A stretch of 64,000 nucleotides of DNA from Blastocystis sp. Blastoise (Eukaryota > Protista > Bigyra: Opalinata): contig JBBPEB010000024.1 in assembly GCA_039096225.1 (NCBI GenBank), positions 620,001 to 684,000 of the forward strand. Direction: 5' to 3'. The translations under genes were made by a program, and so were the position numbers. Below are positions 15,701 through 31,639 of the stretch, in pieces; the stretch's first letter is position 1, and each line of letters begins with the position of its first letter. Below the pieces are notes generated by a model. It saw nothing but the letters and a program-made list of their open reading frames with translations. It searched no databases and was not told where the DNA came from.

Positions 15701-17733
15701 GGAGATAATATAGTTAAACTATGTATATAAGGAGTCTGAGATTTGAAAGGAATAGTCAATCGAAGCTATATAGAAATATTTATAAATAATAATTATTAAA
15801 TATATATAAAAACATACAGATCTTTGTTTTCCACTTGAATCAAGAGTAATAATAGCAAATAGAGTTTTATTAGATGTATTAATATCTAATAAATTCCCTA
15901 ATGCATCACGAATCTTAATAATCATAGTCACATCTGTATATAGAGAAGTACTCTCTGAAATAAATGATATATATGTATTTGTATATTCAGGTTCTAAAGG
16001 AGTAATAGAAGTAAGTTTATTAAGAAATATATAGAGATATTATATATTTTTATAATTATATTATATATAATATAAAGGATATAGATAATGATATTGAAGA
16101 TATGGATGATTATTAATAATAGGATAATATATATAATCACCAGAATAGATTAATTTATATTCACAAGTATAGGAATCCTTTATAAATATACAAGGGAATA
16201 GTTCAGTATGAAGAATAGGATTTCCATCACCCTCTATATCCAGTGATACATCCATTTCAATAGAAATAAAATAGGCATCAAATTCTATTGGACGTTCATA
16301 TATATCATAAAGATATACATATATAGAACAAGTTGAATTCACACGTTCACATTCATCATTCTTAAGGACTATTTATATTTATATTTTTATTTATTTATAT
16401 AATAAGAATACTTGTAGATTGATATCTGATTTGTGCTGGATAGAGTTGAATCTTTAATAATGGAAAAGGAGAAGTTGAATTATAATATAATTGAAGTGTA
16501 TATTCAGTTAGTATATTCATTAAAGAAAATAATTTTCATTTTTTAAATATATTTATAATTATATATAAATAGGATATAATTTCCAGGATGAGTAGAAGTT
16601 AAATCATTATAAATTATTAAATATTGACCTATATATAAATATTATATTTTATATTATTATTATATATATACCAAGTTCTTTATCATATAATTGAACAGTT
16701 AAATGAGGTGGAATAAACATTGTATTCGACTATATAAAATAATAATAATAATATATATTATATAATATATAAATATACAGAAGATGTAATAGCCATAGAG
16801 AATAGATTTGTGTCAAAATAGGTATATACAGGATTCTCATATATATCTACAGTAGATAATAAGAATGATCCTTTTGTCTATTAATATAATATATAATATA
16901 TAATATAATATAATATAATATATAAATATATACATTTTCTCTTAATCCATGTATATTACATAATCCATCAGGTAACTTATCTTCATTCTCTAAGGGAGAA
17001 CAGGAATATATATAGGAAGTAGCTTCTGATGGTATTATAATAGCTTGTATTGGAGAATTCTATTCATATATATATATAGAATATAATAATAATATAATAA
17101 ATATACTAATAAAGCTACTCCTGATCGTTTTACATATATATCATAGTTTCCAATTGTATATAAATATAACGAAAATACATATACATTTCCATAAATTAAT
17201 ATTGCATAACTATATAGATATATAATAATATATAAATATATATACCTATCAGTTTCTATACGAGTGTCATTCTTATATATTTCTATATATAATTCTTTTG
17301 ATATATTTTCTTCTATTGTATTATTAAAGGAGTGATTATTAAGAAAATATTTATATATATAATAATATAATATATATATAATATAAAAGATATATCAAAG
17401 AGATGAACATGAATGAAAATTTGATTGCCAGCTATATAAGCTATATATATAAATAATAACTATAATAAATATATATATATATACTTTTATTAATTCCTTC
17501 ATCATCTAATAATTCTATATATATAATAATAATAAAAACAAATAATAAATACCATTTTTTTCATAATCTTCATAATTAGGAACAGGAATAGGATTATTAT
17601 TCGAAGGGAAATGAATAAATGATTGTTGAGGGTCCATAATTGATGGAGAAATAATCAATTGAAATTGTTGTTCATAATGAACTTGTTCAAGAGAAAAGGT
17701 TATAGTATATGTATCAGTATCAATATAATACAT
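5827..17733 (-). CDS. Giant single-pass membrane protein: filamin/Ig-like repeats, dozens of Cys-rich CPxxxPxxCxDGxCV repeats, juxtamembrane Cys domain, TM helix, long Asn/Ser/Lys-rich tail; 5' end probably missing
   Basis: ORFs 5827-17733 join through about 22 GT-AG and 4 AT-AC introns. Filamin-like motifs (VHLFDSFNN, VYLYDIYER, IKIRDALGN) and TM segment TITMIICFVYLPCFIIL. Stop TAA at 5827. Confidence 0.8.
14242..14317 (-). other. U12-type (minor spliceosome) AT-AC intron, 76 nt
   Basis: 5' ATATCCTT, branch TTCTTTAAT, 3' CTTTAC. Removal gives ECPTHVT-CPSPLVLCPD in frame. Confidence 0.92.
16011..16082 (-). other. U12-type AT-AC intron, 72 nt
   Basis: 5' ATATCCTT, branch TTTCTTAAT, 3' CTTAC. 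Removal gives YHYL-SITPLEPEY in frame. Confidence 0.92.
16511..16577 (-). other. U12-type AT-AC intron, 67 nt
   Basis: 5' ATATCCTA, branch TTCTTTAAT, 3' ATATAC. Removal gives HPGNL-TEYTLQLYY in frame. Confidence 0.88.
17332..17393 (-). other. U12-type AT-AC intron, 62 nt, variant donor ATATCTTT
   Basis: Branch TTTCTTAAT, 3' AATCAC. Removal gives IHVHLFD-SFNNTIEE in frame. Confidence 0.85.
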
Positions 17734-17746
17734 TCTATATAATATA

Positions 17747-18338
<592 letters not shown>

Positions 18339-18368
18339 TATACCTTTTATTTTAATTTTAAGGGGTTA

Positions 18369-20010
18369 CTAATTGTGTTCCTTTCTCACAAAATTCTCTA
18401 ATGGCGTAAATGACGCAGTATGAATCATCATATCATCTTCTAGGCATCCTGTAGTATATGTATATAGAAGAGGAAGAGAGATATACGATCTGTTGCATAA
18501 TAAAGTAATCTTCCTATATATATATATATATATATATTATTATTATTATTATTTTTATTATTACTATTGTGATATATAATACTATATATATATATATATA
18601 TACCTTTCTTATTAATACGATTATAAGCATCTCCTCGTCGACCAAAATCCATATCATCCATTCTCCCGTGATTATAACCATTCAATTCATCAACTTCATA
18701 AAGTGTCTATATAATATAATAGTATATAAACAGTAAATAAATATATAAATATAATAATAAATACTTCTTGATAATCCTGCGAATCAAAAGCTTGTGAAAT
18801 TCTTGTTAATATTTCAATTAATATCATTCTTGTCGAAGGTTCTACAATTTCTTTTTGAGAAGGATATAAATAATTTGATAATAATAATATGTATTCTTTA
18901 GTAGAAGATAATAAAGGAATTAAAGAAGAAATAGTAGTTAAAATGAATTTACGAGAATCCTATCTTTATTTTCTATCTTTTAATACAGAAGTAGAAGAAT
19001 ATTTGTAAGATTGAAGGAAAGAAATAAGAAGAGTAAATAATGTATAGACAGTAAGAGGAGTAGGAGAAAATATATGATTTACAGCTAAATCAGATACATT
19101 TATTCATAATACTAATAATTCTATATATATAATATTTAATTAGTATAATTGTAATAATAAATAAAATAATAAAAAGTTTAATAAATAGAATAATAATAGA
19201 ATAATAAATAGAATAAATAAAATAATAAAAAAACTTAATAAATAGAAAAATAATAGAATAGATAATAAATCAAATATACATTAAGATACTAACACTAATA
19301 CCAGATCTAAAATTATGTAAAAATTTCAGTCTGTTTTGAATATGAGAGAGAATAAAATCAAGAAGAGGTGTAATATAAGCTATAGCTTTATTAGTTAACA
19401 TACGATTTAATGATTCTTCTAATTATATAATAATAATTCAATAATAACAATAGTAATATCTATTGAGACTTACCATTATAAACTGATAAGAAGAAAGTAA
19501 CACCGGGATTCACGAATTACAACAACAAATTCATTATCCTATATAATATAATATATAATAAGCATAAAATAAAAGGAATCTAAAATAAATAAATAATAAA
19601 AGAATATTTTAACATAGGAAAAGAGAAAAAACGAAAATGTGTTAATGCAAAGAAAAAAATAAAAGTATATTTATATACCTTCTCTATTATCTCGATTTAT
19701 CATTTGATAGAAGTGAAGACCAGAATAACCAAGGAACCTAAAAGAATAAAAAAAAATGTAAAAAAAATACATTATAAGAAATATTCCAACATGTAGAGAT
19801 AACAGACCATTTTTAAATCAATCAAGAAGACTGTTTGACAACAAGAAGAAACCTAGAATGGAAAACCTAACAAAATCATGTAGTAAAATAGGATAAATTT
19901 TATAAATAAATACTGATATAATATGTACTAAGCTTAAAAACATCATCAATCCTTGTAGTTAGCTCTATTTCTATTTAGTGACAATAAATTAAAAGTAAAG
20001 ATGAATTCAT
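18369..20010 (-). pseudogene. Disrupted HEAT-repeat gene fragment, UTP20-like
   Basis: Spliced exons give ELNGYNHGRMDDMDFGRRGDAYNRINKK...EDDMMIHTASFTPLENFV, resembling the UTP20 LN..RLD(D/E).DF..R...F..I block from memory. Upstream exons contain in-frame stops and frameshifts. Confidence 0.45.
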
Positions 20011-20487
20011 AGTTAAATTCAAATTTATTATTAAAAAAATATAATTTTTCGCAAAAATTCATTTTGTTTTATTTTTGTAATTTCATTATAGTTTATTAGA
20101 ATTATAGCATATTACGCGTCAATAATTACGTTTCTTAAGCAATAATGTCGTATCCAATAATAAAATTCTTTAAAATAAAAACTCATTTATTAGACTCTCT
20201 GATCTGTTGACATATTCCTTTAAAAATATTGATTATAACTTGAAACGTTTGTCTATCACATAATTAACTCTAAAAACTACGTTCTGAAAGACTTTTAGTT
20301 GATTCTGAGAAAAAAATATTTGTTTGTGACTTTTGACAAATGTTTTGTATGTGGAACTTTAAGTCATGATAGAATTTATTAGAAAAACTATTTTAAAACT
20401 CTTGTGTCCTCTGATATATAACAAAATATAAATAGACTCAGTTTTGAAGGAGAAAATTATTCCCGTAAATATTTTAAAAATTTAAAA

Positions 20488-20650
20488 CTCTGGTCTGACT
20501 GTCCATGAAATGCAGGGTTCGCCACGAAGACTCTGCTGGGGTATAAAATTCCCGAAGGAGCCAGTTTTAAGGGTACTTTTGGCGGCTCAAGGCGTAGGAC
20601 AAAAATCCTCTGGGGTAGGGTCCCTACCCTGGGTAGCCTATGGCGAATAC
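20488..20650 (+). ncRNA. Candidate structured non-coding RNA, family unidentified
   Basis: About 53% GC island in ~20% GC DNA. Several stems, with G-U pairs favouring the + strand, and long-range TTCGCCA/TGGCGAA pairing. Confidence 0.5.
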
Positions 20651-20651
20651 T

Positions 20652-20730
20652 GATATTCAACCATAATCTTTTGAAACTTGTAAAACAAATATTTTCTTTA
20701 ACAAGTTTCAAAAGATTATGGTTGAATATC
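20652..20730. repeat. Perfect 30-bp inverted repeat with 19-nt quasi-palindromic spacer
   Basis: gatattcaaccataatcttttgaaacttgt (20652-20681) / acaagtttcaaaagattatggttgaatatc (20701-20730). Confidence 0.97.
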
Positions 20731-20787
20731 TTAGTAGATGATGGAAGTCATAATTATTTTTATCTGTTACGTTTCTCTATTCTCATA

Positions 20788-22899
20788 ATGTCACAAAACA
20801 CTCGACTTTATGAATTATTTGGTGTAGCTCCTGACTCAACTTTGGAAACAATAACAGTATTTTATGTGTTCAATCTTATAATGATATTTTCTATATAGAC
20901 TCAATATAATAATTTGCGTAAATATTACGATGCTGAGAGTAATACTAATGAAGGTGTGATGAGTTTTGTATGTGCTGTTCATTTTTTTGTTTTTTATTTC
21001 TTGTAGTTACAAGTATATAAAAGAGCATACGAGATTCTTTCTGATCCAATAAAAAGAGTAATGTAATTATTTTGATTGTTTTAATATTTTTTTTTAGCAA
21101 TCTTATGATCAATGTGGAGATGGTACTAGTTATGTATTTGATTCAGCTTCTAATACTAATTTAAATGAATCAGAAACAGTGAATGTTCCTTTGAATACGA
21201 ATGATGTGTTAGATTCAGCTTCTAATACTAATTTAAATGAATCAGAAACAGCGAATCTTCTTTTGAATATGAACGATCCTCATTGGATAGAAAATAATCA
21301 GAGTTCTGAAATTAATGACCAGACTTTAATTGCCACTGATCCTTCTTTACAAACAAATAATCCAGTCACTTCAGAAATCTCGAATAATGTAGCAAACACA
21401 AATCTGGAACATATAAATCAATCATCAACTAATTTTGTTAATGAATTATCTCTATATGATGAATTTTGGAAATTTCAAGTATATTGTTTATTATTATATT
21501 ATCATTATTATTATATTATTTTATATAGGATGAATATAATGAAAATTGTTTTTTTGTACAATATGTTATGATACTTGCGTTTTTTATGGGTTTTATTCCA
21601 ATGATTGCTTTTCCAATTCTATTAGGATTGAGAATAGAATCTATTATTGAATGGAAATTTACCTATATTATGATACCTATTTTTATATTAGATTTTTTTA
21701 TAATTTTGTGGTGCTTTAGTATTCATACCTGTGAATTTTCTGTAGAGGCATTTTTTGCTTTGTATATATATATATCTATTATTAAATTATTATAATTTAT
21801 TAATTTATTTGTTGAATAATTATTTATTTTCTTCTATAGCCTAATAAAATTATCTATTTTGTGTTTTGTAATATCAACAGTGACTTTCTGTCTTTCGGTC
21901 GATTTTCATTATTTTAGTTTAACTCTAGGTTTATGTCCATTTTTTATGGGATATTTATTATGGTTATTAGTTATAAAAATAGAGTAAGTATTAAATCTAT
22001 TTTATGTATAATAATTAATATATAAATTTTTTTTTATTCATTATTATCATGAATATTCTCATTATATATATTATGTATTAAATGTTTCTAGTTCTATTAG
22101 ATCTAATATTGATTTCTTTTCTAATGTTCACCAGCCAAATATTTTCCTTCCTGTTATATCTATTCTAATAGCTTCTTTAATCTATGATCAAATATTAGAA
22201 TGGTCATATAATATTATATTTATTCCTCTATGTATTTATTTCATAATTTATTCTTGCAAGTTGTATGTATATTACTTTTATTTATTATGATAATATACAT
22301 ATTATATAGTATTTTCTTTATTTTATCCGGCTGTAAATATGTATATTATTATTTTTTATTTCTATTATTGTATTATAGGAAGATAAAGTTTATGGTGATT
22401 ATCAAGTTTTGTTATACTCTATTTTTCTTTTTGCTTTTTCTATATGTGCTTACATAAAAATGAATGGACATGATATGAATTTAGCTTATTTTAGCATTCC
22501 ATTTGCTTTAATGGTATATATATATACATATATTTCTCCATTATTATTCTATTTATTTTATAAAATATAGATTATTATTCTTGGTTATTTTTTCCTTTGC
22601 TATATAACTTCTGATAAAGGCAGCTTTTTTACATTTTTCGACGATATATTTAGTGAGCATCATATGGATACTGATAGTTTTTTCTCAAATTTATTTGTAA
22701 ATCATCTAATAGAAAAATCATTTATAATATTCCTTTTTGGTATCATAGCGATTATTACATACGTTTTGACTATGCTTTCTAAGTATAACTGTTTGTCTGG
22801 TATTGACTGGTAACTGTATCCGTGCCTGTTTGTCTAGTATTTAATGTGGCGACTGTAGTGGTCCCTGTTTCTAGGATTGTCTTATATAAATATAAATGA
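20788..22899 (+). CDS. DnaJ-like (HPD-less) N-terminal domain + multi-pass membrane domain (TMEM185/FAM11-like W..IP repeats)
   Basis: MSQNTRLYELFGVAPDSTLETIT|TQYNNLRKYYDAES...|LQVYKRAYEILSDPIKR|QSYDQCG. Hydrophobic repeats IEWKFTYIMIP and LEWSYNIIFIP. Apparent 1-nt frameshift near 22810. Confidence 0.72.
21140..21277 (+). repeat. 72-bp in-frame tandem duplication (DSASNTNLNESET.N..LN.ND x2)
   Basis: gattcagcttctaatactaatttaaatgaatcagaaacag at 21140 and 21212. Confidence 0.95.
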
Positions 22900-23905
22900 T
22901 ACTATTGATTGATTATTATATAAATTTCATTCATTTTATCATATATTAAAAACGTCATAATATTTTATTAACAATATGGCTTATCATTTATTTATAAAAA
23001 CACTTTTCTATATTAACATTCTTTTTATTAAAATGTATAGCTTTCTTGTTTTATTGGTTTTGTTGATTTGTTTTATTTTCATAATAAATTAGTTTTATTT
23101 ATATAGTTGATGTATCAGTAAACCAATGTAAGTATTATGTGTATAGTATCGTTAATTATATAATTATCATTTTTTAACATGAAGCAATATGATTTTAATA
23201 CTTTTAAAGCAACAACTAATTATTTAAAAAGAATGTATTGAAAAATAAGTATTGAAAACCATATATATATCATTCCGTGTAATATTTCACCTATTTTAAA
23301 ATAATAACATAAATATTATATATTTGTATCCGCTACTATATTGATAAACAATGTTATTTTATATAATAAATAATCATGAGTATATGCATAGATATAACTA
23401 GTTATAATAATATGTAAACTCTAATATATATAATGTCAAAATAATGAATTATACAAGCCCATTAATTATAATAAATAGAATAAAGAAATAAAATATAATC
23501 AAAATAAATATTAATTTTGAAACAGAATAATATATGTATAACAACTTTTTTAAATATATTGGTGTTTAAAATAGATTCTAACTAGACTTGGGATATCATT
23601 CTTATAAGTGTAATTCTATATGACTATTTATTAATCTAATTTTTCATGAATACTTCAAAATAAATTTATAATTAACATTTTATGGTATTCTACTCTATTT
23701 ATATCATTTATATATATATTATTGAAAAATTTTATTCTATTAAAACACTAGTATTGTCTTATTGTTAAATAAAATAAGAAACAATATTAATAAAAAAATA
23801 TATATATACATTATACACACATTAATATATGAAAAAAAATAATGACAAGATATTCATAAAAAATAACTGTATAAAAAAATAAATATATATATACAAAAAA
23901 ATTTA

Positions 23906-27833
<3,928 letters not shown>

Positions 27834-30708
27834 CACTTGAATTCAACTATAAAAATAACATAATTATAGACTATTATGCTTCGGAAACGCATTTTTATAT
27901 ATTATGTCAAAAAATACTTTAAAAAGAGTTGTATTCTATATAAAAAACAATGAATCAATGAAAACAAGAAAAATTAAAACTTGCAAATTTTTTAGAAAAG
28001 ATTTATATGTAATTACTCTGAGTTACTAAATGATATTAAGTGTAATTATATACCATTTCAAAGTGAATAAACATATATCAAAAAAGAATCACGATTATAT
28101 ATTTTTTTAAAGCGAAAAATTGAAAAGTGAAAAATATTATTTCTTTTAAATCTTTTTTAATCATTTTACATCGTTAAAATGTGTAATTCCCTCTATTTTA
28201 TTTGTAAATGCTATTTAAACGATAAGTAGCACATGAATTTAATAAGAATGTTCAATTTTACATTCAAAAAAGAAATTCAAGTATCAGAATTATCAAAAGA
28301 ACAAAATAGAATGTATTATTGATTGTTTTCATCGTATTTATAAAAGCTATATTTCAAATATAGAGCCATTCTTAGCAGTTCTTCAACAAATTATTTTCAA
28401 AATTCTATATTTATCTTTATGAATAACTATTTAATAAGTCTAGAATGATTTATAATGTAATAAAACTTCAATAATTCACTATCTAATCTGATTTCAACTA
28501 AGAAAATACAATTATCAGTGATTCTCTGCTTGTCTTTGAAATAATAACGTTTTATATTCTATAATGTTACAGAGAACTATATTCTATCAAATTATAATAA
28601 ATTACATCATGAATATACCTTATGTATACCAATTGAAACAATCAATTCATCTCTATTTCATGATATTCGTTCTATTTACGTTATGATTATATTACTTATA
28701 AATTAATATTTATCAAGAATCTATTCATATACATGGATTGAAAACAGTGGAAGAGTATGAAGTTGATTCATCTACTGAATTCTCTACAAGCATTTCATTG
28801 CTATTCTTTATTGTATAAAGTATTTTGAAGAAATAGTTCACATTATTAAATACATAAAGATCCTCTTCATATATTAAATCAGTTATCAATCTAAATCTAT
28901 GAGTTTATATTTCTTTATGACACTGATATTGATATGTAAAAACTTTTCATATAAAAATCTGTTATAGAATATCATCTTTAATGTTCTTTCATATTATTCT
29001 TTATTATTTCTTATTATATATATTCAATACATTGTGAATAACTTTTATTTTTAACTCAATTAATAGCAAAAATAGACTCATCTTTGAGAATCAATGCTTT
29101 TCATGTATTCAATTTAGTCAAATAAAAAATTTAATACATAGACAGAATAGAATAATACATTTATAAATGATTTAATATGTTTCATCATTCAAAAATAAAG
29201 AAAAATGAATTTTTAGAGGAAAAGTATCGACAATTTTCATTCAGATATTTTTTATAAATTTTACAAACTATTTTTTATCATTTCCTCTTTTAATGCTACA
29301 AAATTCATTTATGTGTATCTCTAATATCTATAAACATTATATAATTATTTATACTCAAAATTGATAACATTATTAAAATTGAATCACTATAATTGTCTTT
29401 ATTATGTATTTTAAAATCAACTAATTAAGAATACATATAAATTAATCTTTAGAAAATAATATAATATATAATTATATTCCATATTCATAGAATAAAAAGA
29501 AAAATAAAAATTGATAGCCAAAGTATTTTGCAAAAAGGAGCAATTATGAATTCATGAAGAGTTTCTGAATATCGTTTCCTGATTTATGGGAAAAGACCTA
29601 TTGACGTAAGATAATAATCTTTTTATATAAAAAAACAAAGCACCTTTTTCACATTTTTTTGTTATAGCCTATTTATATTCTATTATCTATAAAATAGGTA
29701 AATAGCGAGAGACTTTTATAAGAATTGATTGTTTATAGACTGCAATAGGTGTTCATTGTTTTTATACTTGACTGGTGACGCTATAGAATTCTCTCTTGAC
29801 TAATAAGATCACTTGTACTGATTTGTTGGGAAATACCGATAGTATAGCTATCACGATTTTTATACTATTATCAAAATAGCCGAATTAGCAACATTTTCAG
29901 AATCAGCCAATTTCTGTGAATTGTAAGAGAAATAGTGGTAAAATACGAGAGTTTCTATTCATTGATATTTTATATTGAAATTCTGATAATTGTGTTTCTT
30001 TCTTGATTAAAGTCAACCATTTCATGATATCTGCTAGTTATTTGTATTCTTATGCTAAATGATGGAAAGAAGCGATAAAGAAAAAAGGAAGCTTTTCCAG
30101 GAATATTATATATATCACAGTATGTTTTTCAATAGAATCATTTTATGTTCATTTTCCTTTTATATTCCATTAATATCGATAAATATTGTTATTTAATTGT
30201 GAATAGATGATTGAATTATTATATATTTCTTGGTTAACGTAGTATTGAATGAAATGACTCCTTTTTAAGAATTAGATTGGTTGTGTTGATACATTTACAG
30301 TCGATTATTATAGTGAAACGTATTGTGGATGATACGGGATTCTTCAAATAAATGTCAGAATTATTTCATATGTCTAGAAAACATAAAAGAATTAAATTAT
30401 TATTATTTTTTCTGTCGTCATTCCTTTTATAAAGTCATAAATATTTTTATTTTGTTTATAATCAGATTTCACATGTGTTCATCATAATGAAATTCTTTTT
30501 CATAAAGTTATTATTACGCATTAAATCATTTTTTAATTATTATATTATTTATAGTCAATGTAAATTATCATTATACTTATCTATATATTCACGAATTCTA
30601 ATTTTATTTTTATTAATAAACATAGAATTGTTTTTATTCTAAAACATATAAAAAAAGTAATACAAAACTTATTGAAATATATAGAAAATATAATATCAAT
30701 TAAAATAT

Positions 30709-31592
30709 TTAAAAATCAAAGAATATATTATCAAAGAATAATAATCCATGAATAGTTTTCGTACATATATTTTGAAGATTTTTTTCATCTTTAAAAAATA
30801 TATATAATATAGGAAATATAATATATTCATTAACTTTATATTCTTTAGGTATTGATATATGTAAAGAATCAGAATTCCAATAAAAATGACTTTTCTTCTC
30901 TAAATATAATTTATGTATATTATTTTTATATTCTAAAACACTTGAAGATAAACTTAAAGGACCATTTCTATATATATATATGTTTATTATTATATGTTTA
31001 TTGTATTAATTTTACATTTATAAAAACAAAATATTAAAATAATATATCAAAAATAAACATATATATATATACTTATTATTATGTAGAGCAAGTAGTGCTT
31101 CTTTTAATGGATACCATCGTTGTGTTTGTTGACAAAATAATTCACAAGGACCAAATTGAGTTTTATATATCATTTTTGGACAATTATATACATAATAACC
31201 AAGGTAATGGCAAGGTAAATGTAACTATTATATACATATTAATAATAATAATAATAATATATATACTTGTTTCGTAAGTTCAATTTCTTTTAATATCGAT
31301 ACAATTCCAAGTGATAATGGTTTATATATAGGATCATAAAAGAAATACACAGAACTCTATATATATATAAAGAATTAACAAATATATATATAAAAATACT
31401 AGTATTCTTATTCTTTCTATTTATATATATATTATTTCTTTTCTATTAAAAATAATAATAATAATTACATATATATATATATACAATACCACCAGGAAGA
31501 ATATCTAAAATATCAACTGCAATAGGGACATTATCTAGGTACCATATAAAGTAATATGTACCGTAATTCACATCCTCCTTAGAACTCTATAA

Positions 31593-31639
<47 letters not shown>

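Noticed and set aside
16511-16572. Plus-strand GT-AG 'inverted intron' inside the minus-strand gene
   Set aside because: Better explained as the reverse complement of an AT-AC intron (16511-16577) that restores the minus-strand frame.
18800-18868. ATATCCTT as a fifth minor intron explaining the frameshift in the UTP20-like fragment
   Set aside because: No branch motif, no AC that restores an open frame, and the sequence reads as coding (YLYPSQKEIVEP).
20440-20650. GC element as U1, U6atac, U12, SRP, RNase P/MRP or HDV ribozyme
   Set aside because: Only fragmentary resemblance (CACGAAG, AAGGAGA, TGGCGAAT). Required motifs are missing: ATACTTACCTG, the AGC triad, GGAA-type CR-I, SRP helix 8, HDV P3/L3.
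20457-20898. ORFs 20457-20711 (-) and the N-terminus of 20671-20898 (+)
   Set aside because: Mirror products of the inverted repeat with non-ATG starts; the real gene starts at 20788.
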